This document shows, piece after piece, positions 27,159 through 36,303 of a stretch of DNA of 64,000 bases; position 1 is the first letter of the stretch; each line of letters starts with the position of its first letter. The DNA lies in contig NZBT01000006.1 of assembly GCA_002688015.1 (NCBI GenBank), forward strand, positions 915 to 64,914, read 5' to 3'. The notes beneath the pieces are model-generated. The model saw nothing but the letters and a program-made list of their open reading frames with translations, searched no databases and was not told the DNA's origin. A program made the position numbers and the translations under genes. Source of the stretch: Candidatus Pacearchaeota archaeon. GTDB lineage: Archaea > Nanobdellota > Nanobdellia > Pacearchaeales > GW2011-AR1.

Positions 27159-27176
27159 GATTGAATAGTTTTATAA
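27159..27176 (+). promoter_or_regulatory. Promoter (BRE/TATA) copy B: GATTGAATAGTTTTATAA
   Basis: Identical to 26318-26335. It begins immediately after the stop of the phosphoesterase gene (last stop base 27158). Confidence 0.5.
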
Positions 27177-27205
27177 ATGAATTCTTTCTGTTTTTAATAT
27201 GGCAA

Positions 27206-27502
27206 GTGATAAAGAGATTAGGAAAATCTCTAATAAACCATTTTCAAGAAAAGGAAGAAAAAATGGTTGATAAAGATACAGAGAAGGTTAGAGAGGAAGC
27301 AAGAGCTTTACTTGAAAATTTTGCGAAAAAGCTTGAGAAAGTTGATTTAGGGAAAGAGAAGGAAGAGAAAGATATGAAAGAATCTGGTTTTCGTGAAGAG
27401 GGAGAAGGAAAGGAAGCAAACGAAGATTTTAAAAAGAGATTTCTAGATAATGCTCCTAATGTTAAAGGGGGAAAGATTGTAGCTGAGAAGAAGAGTTGGT
27501 AA
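27206..27502 (+). CDS. gatC: GatC-like amidotransferase subunit (start uncertain)
   Basis: C-terminal GFREEGEG...FLDNAPNVKGGKIVAEK resembles the GatC pattern R-E-D-E...NAP...G-x-(F/I)-x-V-P. Candidate starts are GTG 27206 (98 aa) or ATG 27263 (79 aa). A 23-codon ORF from ATG 27199 in another frame ends 5 nt after ATG 27263. Confidence 0.5.
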   Translation: MIKRLGKSLINHFQEKEEKMVDKDTEKVREEARALLENFAKKLEKVDLGKEKEEKDMKESGFREEGEGKEANEDFKKRFLDNAPNVKGGKIVAEKKSW

Positions 27503-27516
27503 GAAGGAAAGAAAAA

Positions 27517-27783
27517 ATGGTAACAGTAAAAGGAAAAAATATTGAGAAGTTGAAGAAAGGAGATAAGTTAAAGATAGATGGGACTGAAATGGAAATTGAT
27601 GCCCATTATGTTATGATTGATCATGGGAAGACGAAGGAGATGGCTATAGAGTGCTTTGATCCTAAGAAAGATGAGGACTTTCAAATAAGGTATTTTAATG
27701 ATAATGTTGAACTCAGTTTGGAATTTTACAAGTTGGAAGAGATTGTTTATAATAAGATTGAAGTTAAGAAAATAGAATTTTAA
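27517..27783 (+). CDS. Hypothetical small protein (88 aa)
   Basis: ATG at 27517 follows the gatC-like stop. No recognisable motif. Confidence 0.5.
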   Translation: MVTVKGKNIEKLKKGDKLKIDGTEMEIDAHYVMIDHGKTKEMAIECFDPKKDEDFQIRYFNDNVELSLEFYKLEEIVYNKIEVKKIEF

Positions 27784-27860
27784 AAGGAAAATAGTTAATT
27801 TGTTGTATCTGGAGAATTCTAATTAAGAAAGTTTATTAATTGTTTTTTGTAGATAATTGT

Positions 27861-28619
27861 ATGGGATTAAGAAGGTTTAGATTATTGGCTTTGTTTAGTT
27901 TAATTGTTTTGTTAGCTGTTGGAGTTTATGCGCTTGAGTTTCCTAATCCTGAGAATAAGTATGTTAATGATTTTTCTGGAATGTTTAGCGCTGAAGAGAG
28001 AGGAGAATTAATTGAGTTGTTGGAGAATGTGGACAGGGAGACGAGTGCGGAGATTGTTGTTGTTACACTTGAGAGTATTGATGGAGCAGATATTGGAGAT
28101 TATGCAATTCAATTAGGACAGAAATGGGGTGTTGGAAAGGCAGATAAAGATAATGGGTTTGTTGTGTTGTATGTTTCTGATTTGGGAAAGATATTCGCTG
28201 CTTCTGGATATGGAGTTGAAGGAATCTTACCAGATAGTAAGATTGGACGGCTTTTAGACGAAAATTATGTTCCTTTGAGAGATTCTGGGAATGTTAGTTT
28301 AGGAATAGTTGGGTTTGTTAAAGCAGTAAGTGAAGTAATGTTTGAAAATAAAGAAGAGATTTTATCTGGAGAAGCTGGAAGAAATAGTGCTGTAGAAATA
28401 ATTGGTGTTTTGTTTCCTATTTTGATTTGGATTTTGATTTTCTTCTTTATTTCTTATAATAATTATAAACGGCGTAAGAAAGATAAGAAATATCATAACA
28501 CACCATGGTGGCTTTTGTTCTTTATGCCTTCGAGAGGTCATGGAGGATTTGGAGGTGGTGGATTCGGCGGAGGTGGCTTCGGAGGCGGCGGTTTTGGAGG
28601 TGGGGGCGCTGGGAGATGA
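27861..28619 (+). CDS. TPM-domain (DUF477) protein with TM helix and Gly/Phe-rich tail
   Basis: YVNDFSGMFSAEERGELIELLENVDRETSAEIVVVTLESI ... GFVVLYVSD is the TPM phosphatase-like pattern. C-terminus is (GGFGG)n. Confidence 0.8.
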   Translation: MGLRRFRLLALFSLIVLLAVGVYALEFPNPENKYVNDFSGMFSAEERGELIELLENVDRETSAEIVVVTLESIDGADIGDYAIQLGQKWGVGKADKDNGFVVLYVSDLGKIFAASGYGVEGILPDSKIGRLLDENYVPLRDSGNVSLGIVGFVKAVSEVMFENKEEILSGEAGRNSAVEIIGVLFPILIWILIFFFISYNNYKRRKKDKKYHNTPWWLLFFMPSRGHGGFGGGGFGGGGFGGGGFGGGGAGR

Positions 28620-28669
28620 GGGAGATTGAATTAGGAGATAGACAGGTTTTTAAATTGTGAAAGATAAGA

Positions 28670-29272
28670 ATGAATAGAAACAGGATGGCAAAATCAAATA
28701 GTAAGAAATGGTGGATTATTGGGATTGTTGTAGTTGTGTTGTTGTTCTTTATGATATTTATTGGAAAATATAATAGTTTTATTACATTAGAGCAGAATGT
28801 TGATTCTAAATGGAGTTCTGTTGAGAATCAGTATCAAAGACAAGCAGATTTGATTCCAAATCTTGTGAGTGTTGTTTCTAGTTCTGTAGGTGCAGAGACA
28901 GAGTTTGTTAAGGATGTTACTGCTGCAAGAACTGCATGGGCAAGTGCTGGAACGCAATTAGCTAAGGATAGGGCTGGAACACAAATGAATAATGGGATTA
29001 GTGCCTTTGTTAGTGCTGTTGCTGAAAATTATCCTGTATTACAAGCAAATAAACAGTATATTGCTTTGACTGATGAGCTAAGTGGGACGCAGAATAGGGT
29101 TGCTAATTCAAGAAGAGAATACATTGAAGCTATACAATTTTATAATACTGCAACGAAGAGATTTCCTGGAAATATAATTGCTGGAATGTTTGGATTTGAA
29201 GAGAAAGAGTATTATACTGCTGATGAAGGAAGTTTAGATACACCAACATTAGGAACTGGGCAGTTACCTTAA
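28670..29272 (+). CDS. lemA: LemA family protein
   Basis: N-terminal TM, then YNSFITLEQNVDSKWSSVENQYQRQADLIPNLV ... RREYIEAIQFYNT, typical of LemA. The LemA+TPM pairing is common. Confidence 0.85.
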   Translation: MNRNRMAKSNSKKWWIIGIVVVVLLFFMIFIGKYNSFITLEQNVDSKWSSVENQYQRQADLIPNLVSVVSSSVGAETEFVKDVTAARTAWASAGTQLAKDRAGTQMNNGISAFVSAVAENYPVLQANKQYIALTDELSGTQNRVANSRREYIEAIQFYNTATKRFPGNIIAGMFGFEEKEYYTADEGSLDTPTLGTGQLP

Positions 29273-29321
29273 TTTTTCTTGAAAAGATAAGACTTATTAA
29301 TTGTTGTTTTCTAAAGTATTT

Positions 29322-30653
29322 ATGGGAAAGGAAGAGTTAATTGAGGAGAAGGTGAAAGGGTATTTGTCTCGGATTAAAGCAGAAGACAAAAAGGTAAATG
29401 CTTTTTTAGAGCTCAATGGTGATGTTTTGAAGGAGGCTAGAAAGGTTGATTCTAAGAAGAAGAAAGGGAAACTTTTTGGTTTAGTTTTCGGCGTTAAGAG
29501 TAACATTAATGTTCTTGGTTTGAAGGCAAGTTGTGCATCAGAGACATTGAAGGATTATAAGAGTACATACGATGCTACTGTTATTAAAAAGATAAAAGAG
29601 GAAGATGGAATTATAATTGGAATGTTGAATTGTGATGAGTTTGCTTCTGGTGTTTCTGGGGAGAATTCAGCGTTTGGAGCTACTGATAATTCTGCAGCTC
29701 CTGGAAGGATTACGGGAGGATCAAGTAGTGGAAGTGCTGCAGCAGTTGCTGCTGGTTTTTGTGACCTTTCTCTCGGGAGTGATACAGGAGGAAGTATAAG
29801 GACCCCTGCAAGCCATTGTGGTGTTATTGGAGTAAAGCCTAGCTACGGGGCAGTTTCTAGGTATGGACTTATTGATTTATCTATGAGTTTAGATCAGATT
29901 GGAGTTTTGGGAAAGAATGTTGAGGATTGTGCTAATGTTCTGTCTGTCATTGCAGGAAAAGAGGATAGGGATACAAGCACAAGGGACTTTGGGAAATTGA
30001 AGATGGAGAACTATGGGAAGAAGAAAATAAAAATTGGAGTATTGAGGTTAAGAGGGACGGACAGCAAAATCCAGAAGGTAATTGATTCTAAGGTTAAGGA
30101 GATAGTGGAAAAGTTAGGATGGAATGTTGGAGAGATAGAGATTGAAAATATTGAGCTTGCTGTTGAAACGTATTATCCTTTGGTTTATGTTGAATTTTTT
30201 TCTGGAACGAGAAGGTTTGATGGGAGAAAGTATGGGAAGAAGATTGAGGATGTTTCTGGCAAAGAAGTATTAAGAAGAATTTTAGGAGGGAGTGAGATTT
30301 CGAAGGCAGAGTTTGCTGGGCAATATTATAGGAAAGCTTTAGGAGTTAAGAATTTGATTTCTTTGGAGTTTGAGAAAGCTTTCAAGAAATTTGATTGTGT
30401 TGTAAGTCCTGTTACGCCGGTTTTGCCTTGGAAGATTGGGCAAGGAGAGAAAATGTCTTTGGAGGAAATTTATGCAGCTGATGCTTTGACTTGTCCGAGT
30501 AATTTGGCAGGGATTTGTGCGATAAGTGTCCCTGCAGGTTTTGTAAAAGAGGGAAAAGAAGAGATTCCTGTTGGAATTCAAGTGATGTGTGGGAAAGGAG
30601 AGGATGGGAAACTTTTAGGTATTGCGAGAGAGATTGAAGGATTGAGCAGATAA
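29322..30653 (+). CDS. gatA: Asp/Glu-tRNA amidotransferase subunit A (amidase)
   Basis: Amidase signature GGSSSGSAAAVAAG...LGSDTGGSIRTPAS. Confidence 0.9.
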   Translation: MGKEELIEEKVKGYLSRIKAEDKKVNAFLELNGDVLKEARKVDSKKKKGKLFGLVFGVKSNINVLGLKASCASETLKDYKSTYDATVIKKIKEEDGIIIGMLNCDEFASGVSGENSAFGATDNSAAPGRITGGSSSGSAAAVAAGFCDLSLGSDTGGSIRTPASHCGVIGVKPSYGAVSRYGLIDLSMSLDQIGVLGKNVEDCANVLSVIAGKEDRDTSTRDFGKLKMENYGKKKIKIGVLRLRGTDSKIQKVIDSKVKEIVEKLGWNVGEIEIENIELAVETYYPLVYVEFFSGTRRFDGRKYGKKIEDVSGKEVLRRILGGSEISKAEFAGQYYRKALGVKNLISLEFEKAFKKFDCVVSPVTPVLPWKIGQGEKMSLEEIYAADALTCPSNLAGICAISVPAGFVKEGKEEIPVGIQVMCGKGEDGKLLGIAREIEGLSR

Positions 30654-30683
30654 GTTTAAATTCTGACGGCTTTTGAATTTATT

Positions 30684-31358
30684 ATGGTTGAAATTAAAGG
30701 AGTGAATCTTGAATTTTTAGGGCATTCTGGTTTTTTGATTGTAAATACAGTGGGGAAGAGGATAGCTATTGATCCTTATAATGTGAGTCAAGGGATAGAA
30801 CCAGTTGATTTTATTTTGATTACACATAGCCATTATGATCATTGTTCTATTAAAGATATAGAGATATTAAGTAAGCAGGGAACGGTTGTTGTTATTCCTG
30901 CTGATTCGCAAAGCAAGATTACTAAGGTAGATGGAATTAATATGGAAATAGTTGAGATTGGAGATGAGATTGAAATTGGGAATATGAAGATTGAGGCGAT
31001 GGCTGCTTATAATGTCAATAAAGATTTCCATTCTAAAAAAGAAGGTTGGTTAGGATATTTGATTAAAATGAAGGATGTTGTTATCTATCATTCTGGAGAT
31101 ACTGATCAAATTCCTGAAATGAAGAGATTGACAGGGCATGGAAAGCATGATAAGACCTTTGTAGCTTTACTTCCTGTGAGTGGGAAGTTTGTTATGGATG
31201 CCGAGGAAGCTGTTGAAGTTGCTTCTTTAATAAGTCCTGATTTATGTATTCCAATGCATTATGGGGCTGGTGTGGCAGGAACAATAGAAGATGCGAGGAA
31301 ATTTGTTGAAGAATGTAAGAATCTTGGATTGAAAGCGGAAATTCTTGATAAAATATAG
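30684..31358 (+). CDS. Metallo-beta-lactamase fold hydrolase (UPF0173-like)
   Basis: LITHSHYDH motif, with later HSGDT and MHYG positions. 224 aa. Confidence 0.75.
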   Translation: MVEIKGVNLEFLGHSGFLIVNTVGKRIAIDPYNVSQGIEPVDFILITHSHYDHCSIKDIEILSKQGTVVVIPADSQSKITKVDGINMEIVEIGDEIEIGNMKIEAMAAYNVNKDFHSKKEGWLGYLIKMKDVVIYHSGDTDQIPEMKRLTGHGKHDKTFVALLPVSGKFVMDAEEAVEVASLISPDLCIPMHYGAGVAGTIEDARKFVEECKNLGLKAEILDKI

Positions 31359-31392
31359 AAGATAAATGATTAAATAAGGATAATTTTATTTT

Positions 31393-32241
31393 ATGAATAT
31401 GGCAAAAAGCAGAACAAAAGAATATGATGGAAGATTTCAATGGGCTAAGTTTATTGCGGAAGATTATTTAAAAGATTTTTGTATGGGTGTTCTTTTAATA
31501 GGCAGTGTTTCTTATATGAGAGACAATCCTGAGGGATTGTCTTCTGAGGATGATATAGATTTAGTTGGAATTACTAATTTTTCAAGATTGAGAGAAGAGA
31601 ATGGCAAAAGGAGTTTTAAGAAGTTGTATGATAATCTAAGGCAAGAGGACAATGATAGAATATTACCGTTTGCTATTGGGGATAAGATTGATACATTTAG
31701 TTTACTTTGGCATATTCAAAAGTATGATGTGGGGCTTTATTTTTGGGATGAGGCCGCTTTTAATAATATCATATCAATACCAAATAATGGAGTGAGAGAA
31801 GAGCGTTACGAAAATAAACAAAATAGGCAGTTTTTTGGATTTGATTATGGGGAAGATTTTACTAATCAATCTTCGGTTAATCCTTACGGGACTAAGTTGG
31901 AGTTTTATGGGGGGGAGGAAATTGAAAATGGGAGAGTTCATGAGATATATCCTTATTTTGAAGATAAAAATGAAATTTATCTAGGGCCTCAGGCAATGAC
32001 TATGCTAATGAGACCGACGGTGTTGTATCAAAATAGATTTGATTTTGCAGGAGTGATATACGATTTTAATATGGGGCTGAGGGCAAGGTTGGTTGAAAAA
32101 TATGATGAATATGGGACGAGTAAGTGTTGTTTGTTAAATGTTCTACCAAAGCCATTGAGGAATAAAATTCCTGGAGATTTGAAGTCTGAGTTGGGGGGAA
32201 AAAATGTTAGTTTGGGAAAGGTTGTGAGGTGTGTTAGTTAA
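31393..32241 (+). CDS. Pol-beta superfamily nucleotidyltransferase (ANT(6)/MNT-like N-terminal domain)
   Basis: LLIGSVSYMRDNPEGLSSEDDIDLVGI fits the hGS...D-h-D-h NTase signature. A possible third acidic site lies in VGLYFWDEA. Subfamily assignment is a guess. Confidence 0.5.
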   Translation: MNMAKSRTKEYDGRFQWAKFIAEDYLKDFCMGVLLIGSVSYMRDNPEGLSSEDDIDLVGITNFSRLREENGKRSFKKLYDNLRQEDNDRILPFAIGDKIDTFSLLWHIQKYDVGLYFWDEAAFNNIISIPNNGVREERYENKQNRQFFGFDYGEDFTNQSSVNPYGTKLEFYGGEEIENGRVHEIYPYFEDKNEIYLGPQAMTMLMRPTVLYQNRFDFAGVIYDFNMGLRARLVEKYDEYGTSKCCLLNVLPKPLRNKIPGDLKSELGGKNVSLGKVVRCVS

Positions 32242-32272
32242 TGTTAAAAAGGAATGTTCTTTATCCTTGGTA

Positions 32273-33340
32273 ATGGAAATTGAAATACCTAAGATTGATT
32301 TTATTGTAGGGACTGAGAAGAGATTTCATGACTTTGTTGGAAGTTTGAATGAGAAAGATAAAGTTGCGATTGTTAGTCATACAGATTTAGATGGGATTGG
32401 TGCTGCAAAAGTAGCTAACGAAGTTTTGAATGCAGATGTTATAAAATTTGTAGGATATACTGATTTGACTCTTGATCTTGTAAATGAATTGAAAGAGAAA
32501 AAAGTGAGTAAAATCTTTGTTTTAGATTTGTATATAAAATTTCCTGAGTTTATTAAAGAATTAGAGAAGATTGCAGAAGTTTGTATAATAGATCATCATC
32601 AGATTACAGAAGATTGGAATTCTGATAGAATGGTGTTTTTGAACTCTGAAGGATATTGTGCTACTTATCTTTGTTATTATCTGTTTTCTAAAATACAGAG
32701 TTTGGAAAAATGGGATTGGCTTGTTGTTTCGGCTTGTATTTCTGATTGGATGTATTTTGAAAATCAAGAGTGGATGAAAAAAGTTTATGAAAAGTATGGT
32801 GAAGAATTCTATGGAGAAAGAAAAGATGATATTAAGAAGAGCAAGTTTTGGGATGTTCAGTGGGATTTGAGTTTGGCCATTGTTTATTTTAAGTCAGATT
32901 TAAATAATGTTTTTGAGAAGATTGAAGAAGGTAGTTGGAATGGTTTGGGTGAGCTTGAGAAGCATGTTTTAGAAGTTCAAAATTACATAAATGATTCTTT
33001 GGAGAGATTTGAAAAAGAAAGGGAAGAGATAAACGGAAGAATACTTTGGGAGTTTGAGCCGAGGTTTGAAGTTGGGAGCATATTATCTACCTTGTTAAGT
33101 GTAAAATATTGGACTAAAACTCTTCTTGTTTCTAGAAATAAAGAAAAGACTTATAATTTTTCTGCTAGAAGACAGGATAAGAAAGAGAATATGGATTTGT
33201 TGTTGAAAAAATTGACTAAAGGTTTAGAAGGTGGTGATGGGGGCGGTCATGTTCCTGCTGGGGGTGGGCATGTGAGGATTGAGGATAAAGAAGAATTCTT
33301 AAAAAGATTGAAAGAGTTGCCAGAGGAAGAGATCAATTAG
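32273..33340 (+). CDS. DHH/DHHA1 phosphoesterase (RecJ/NrnA-like), paralog 2
   Basis: VSHTDLDGIGAA, IIDHHQ, GGGHVPAGGGH. ATG at 32273; the alternative GTG 32231 would overlap the NTase gene by 11 nt. Confidence 0.8.
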   Translation: MEIEIPKIDFIVGTEKRFHDFVGSLNEKDKVAIVSHTDLDGIGAAKVANEVLNADVIKFVGYTDLTLDLVNELKEKKVSKIFVLDLYIKFPEFIKELEKIAEVCIIDHHQITEDWNSDRMVFLNSEGYCATYLCYYLFSKIQSLEKWDWLVVSACISDWMYFENQEWMKKVYEKYGEEFYGERKDDIKKSKFWDVQWDLSLAIVYFKSDLNNVFEKIEEGSWNGLGELEKHVLEVQNYINDSLERFEKEREEINGRILWEFEPRFEVGSILSTLLSVKYWTKTLLVSRNKEKTYNFSARRQDKKENMDLLLKKLTKGLEGGDGGGHVPAGGGHVRIEDKEEFLKRLKELPEEEIN

Positions 33341-33449
33341 TTAAACTTATAAAGTAATATTTTATTCTTTTATTATGGATTCAGTTAGAGCACATAGTTA
33401 ATTTGTGAATTCTTTAAAATAGTTAGCTCTAGCTTCTTTAAATTTTACA

Positions 33450-34469
33450 ATGGTTGATGAAAATAAAATTAATGAATTAAGCGAAGAAGAAAAAAAGCAA
33501 ATTGCTGAAAAGAATTTGCTTTTTGATAGCGAGGAGCCTGAGGGAATTAAAGTAGAGGGATATGATTTTTCCAAGGGAAATGATTTTGAGGGAATTGTGG
33601 ACAGTTTTGAAAGTACTGGCTTCCAAGCAAATCATTTGGGAAAGGCGATAAAGATTGTTAATAATATGATTAAGAATGAGGCATTCATATTTTTAGGATA
33701 TACAAGCAATATGGTTTCAAGTGGGAATAGAGATATTATTCGTTTTTTGGTACAGAACAAAAAAGTTGATGCTCTTGTTACGACTGCTGGAGGGATTGAA
33801 GAAGATATCATAAAGTGTATGGGAGATTTTGTAATTGGGGATTTTCGTGCCGATGGGGCTGAGTTGAGGAAGAGAGGAATTAATAGAACTGGAAATTTAT
33901 TTGTTCCTAATGAGAGATATATTAAATTTGAAGCTTTTATGGGAGAGTTGCTTGAGGAAGTTTGGAAGGAGCAGGAAAAGACAGGGAAGGTGATTAGTGG
34001 ATATGAGTTGATTTGGAAAATGGGGGAAAAGATTGGAGATGAGAGGAGCATATATTATTGGGCTTGGAAGAATAAAATTCCAGTTTATAGTCCTGCAGTG
34101 TTAGATGGTGCGTTAGGAGATGATGTTTATTTCTTTAAATTTCGGAGACAAGGGTTTAAGATTGATATAAGTGAAGACATAAAGATGTTTAATGATCTGA
34201 CAATTGGATTGAAGAAATCAGGAGCAATAATTTTAGGAGCAGGGAGTGTTAAGCATGCAATATTAAATGCAAACATGTTGAGGAATGGAGCTGATTATGC
34301 GGTGTATATTAATACAGCTCAGGAGTTTGATGGCTCTGATTCCGGAGCAATGCCTGAGGAAGCGAAGAGCTGGGGGAAATTGAATGCTAATACTGAAGAA
34401 GTGAAAGTTTTTGCTGATGCTACGATAGTTTTCCCACTTTTGGTTGGTAAAACGTTCGCGATGTCTTAA
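33450..34469 (+). CDS. Deoxyhypusine synthase
   Basis: FLGYTSNMVSSGNRDIIRFLVQNKKVDALVTTAGGIEEDIIK ... EAKSWGK pattern of DHS. 339 aa. Confidence 0.85.
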   Translation: MVDENKINELSEEEKKQIAEKNLLFDSEEPEGIKVEGYDFSKGNDFEGIVDSFESTGFQANHLGKAIKIVNNMIKNEAFIFLGYTSNMVSSGNRDIIRFLVQNKKVDALVTTAGGIEEDIIKCMGDFVIGDFRADGAELRKRGINRTGNLFVPNERYIKFEAFMGELLEEVWKEQEKTGKVISGYELIWKMGEKIGDERSIYYWAWKNKIPVYSPAVLDGALGDDVYFFKFRRQGFKIDISEDIKMFNDLTIGLKKSGAIILGAGSVKHAILNANMLRNGADYAVYINTAQEFDGSDSGAMPEEAKSWGKLNANTEEVKVFADATIVFPLLVGKTFAMS

Positions 34470-34571
34470 CTAGAACGTTGTTTTGGACCATAGTCAAATA
34501 TTTAAATGGGAAAAGATAGGTTTTTCCATGGATGTTTGTTTTAACAGCTGAAAGGAGGATAAAAAAAATTT

Positions 34572-35651
34572 ATGGTTTTAGATTTTGCAAAAGAGGCAAT
34601 CGATAATGTCGCTACTCACAGTATAAACTTTGATGAATTGAAAGCTGGAAAGGCTAACATTAAAGTTTTTGGTGTTGGAGGTGCAGGATGTAATGCAGTT
34701 ACGTGGCTTTTTAATAAAGGAATTACCGGAGCAGCAATCTATGGAGTTAATACAGATGCTTTGCATTTAAGTATTACAAAGGCTGACGAGAAAATTCTTA
34801 TTGGAAAAGAACTAACAAGAGGATTGGGTGCAGGAGGTAGACCTCAAGTTGGAAGAGAGGCTGCTAAGGAATCTCTTACTGAGCTTAAGAAATCAACAAG
34901 CAGTGCTGATATGGTGTTTGTTAATGTTGGGCTTGGAGGAGGAACTGGAACAGGGGCCGCTCCCGTTGTTGCTCAATTGGCTAAAGAGTCAGGAGCAATT
35001 GTTATTGCAGTTGCTACAATGCCGTTTGATTGTGAGAAAGCAAGACAAGATAAAGCTGAATTTGGTTTGCAAGAATTAACAGAAGTTGTGGATACGGCTA
35101 TTATAATTGATAATAATAGACTTGTTGATATAGCTGGAAATCTTCCTATGGAACAAGCTTTCGCAGTTGCTAATGAGCTGGTAAGTACAATGATTAAAGG
35201 TATAGTGGAAACTATTACTTTGCCTTCATTGATCAACTTAGACTATGCTGATGTTTCTGCGATAATGAAGAACGGGGAAGTTGCTGTTATTGGTGTAGGA
35301 GAGGCAGATACAACAGATAGAGTTGCTGAAGCTGTGAGACAGGCTTTGACACACCCTTTACTAGATGTTGATTATAAGGGTGCGACAGGAGCTTTGATAC
35401 ATATCACATGTGGACAGGACTTTAAACTAGAAGAGTTTTCAGGAGTTGGAGAACTTGTTACTGAGAACTTGAGCCCAGATGCACAAGTTATAATTGGAGC
35501 TAGGATTAACAAAGACTTTGCGAATAAAGTTAGAGTTATTACAATTATGACCGGAGTACAGAGTCCTTACATTCTTGGAAGAGGTGCCTTACACGAGGAA
35601 GAGCAAGCTAAGTCAGAAATGTCCGATTTGGGCATAGAAGTCTTTAGATAA
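34572..35651 (+). CDS. ftsZ: Cell division protein FtsZ
   Basis: GVGGAGCNAV and GLGGGTGTGAAPVVA tubulin signatures. GGAGG Shine-Dalgarno 12 nt upstream. TATA AAATATTTAAATGG about 65 nt upstream (leadered mRNA). Confidence 0.95.
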   Translation: MVLDFAKEAIDNVATHSINFDELKAGKANIKVFGVGGAGCNAVTWLFNKGITGAAIYGVNTDALHLSITKADEKILIGKELTRGLGAGGRPQVGREAAKESLTELKKSTSSADMVFVNVGLGGGTGTGAAPVVAQLAKESGAIVIAVATMPFDCEKARQDKAEFGLQELTEVVDTAIIIDNNRLVDIAGNLPMEQAFAVANELVSTMIKGIVETITLPSLINLDYADVSAIMKNGEVAVIGVGEADTTDRVAEAVRQALTHPLLDVDYKGATGALIHITCGQDFKLEEFSGVGELVTENLSPDAQVIIGARINKDFANKVRVITIMTGVQSPYILGRGALHEEEQAKSEMSDLGIEVFR

Positions 35652-35690
35652 TTTTTTTGGGGATTTAATTCTTTATCCTCTTCTTATTTT

Positions 35691-36269
35691 TTATTCACTA
35701 CGTAAAGCTTTTTCTTCAGGGGTTTCCTTAAAAATTGCTGGACGCTTATCATTTTCCCAAGTTTCCCAGTAGAGAACTGTTTCTAATTCTTTTTTCTTTG
35801 GTTTAGTTCTTTCTTTTGAAGAATAACCTGCTGGAATTACTGCTTCTATTTGAATATGTTGAGGAATTTCTAATACTTGTTTTAATAAATCATCTGAGTA
35901 AGAACCAACCCAACAGGAATCAATATTTAGATCTGTAAGTTTTAATTGTAATGTTGAGATTGCAGCTCCTGCCTGTTGTCTGGAATATACACGGCCGCGT
36001 TCTCCATAAATTCTTTCTAAATGAGAATCATCAGTACATACTAGAATTATTAAAGGGGATTCGGAGATCCATGTCTGTTGACAGTTTTTCGATATTTGTT
36101 TTATGGTATCAGGAGATTCAATGATTAAGAATTTTAGATTGTTGAAATTTCCCGCGAATGGACCTTGTAATGCTGAGGAAATCGCATCTAAGACTTTTCC
36201 AAATGGGACCTTTTTCTTCTTGAATCCACGAATAGATATTCTTTTTTCTATAACTTTGTCAATATCCAT
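35691..36269 (-). CDS. Nitroreductase family protein
   Basis: KRISIRGFKKK N-terminal motif and overall nitroreductase-fold length (192 aa). Confidence 0.65.
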   Translation of the reverse strand: MDIDKVIEKRISIRGFKKKKVPFGKVLDAISSALQGPFAGNFNNLKFLIIESPDTIKQISKNCQQTWISESPLIILVCTDDSHLERIYGERGRVYSRQQAGAAISTLQLKLTDLNIDSCWVGSYSDDLLKQVLEIPQHIQIEAVIPAGYSSKERTKPKKKELETVLYWETWENDKRPAIFKETPEEKALRSE

Positions 36270-36303
36270 ATTTAGAGAAGTATTGAGTGATATAAAAAGT
36301 TTC

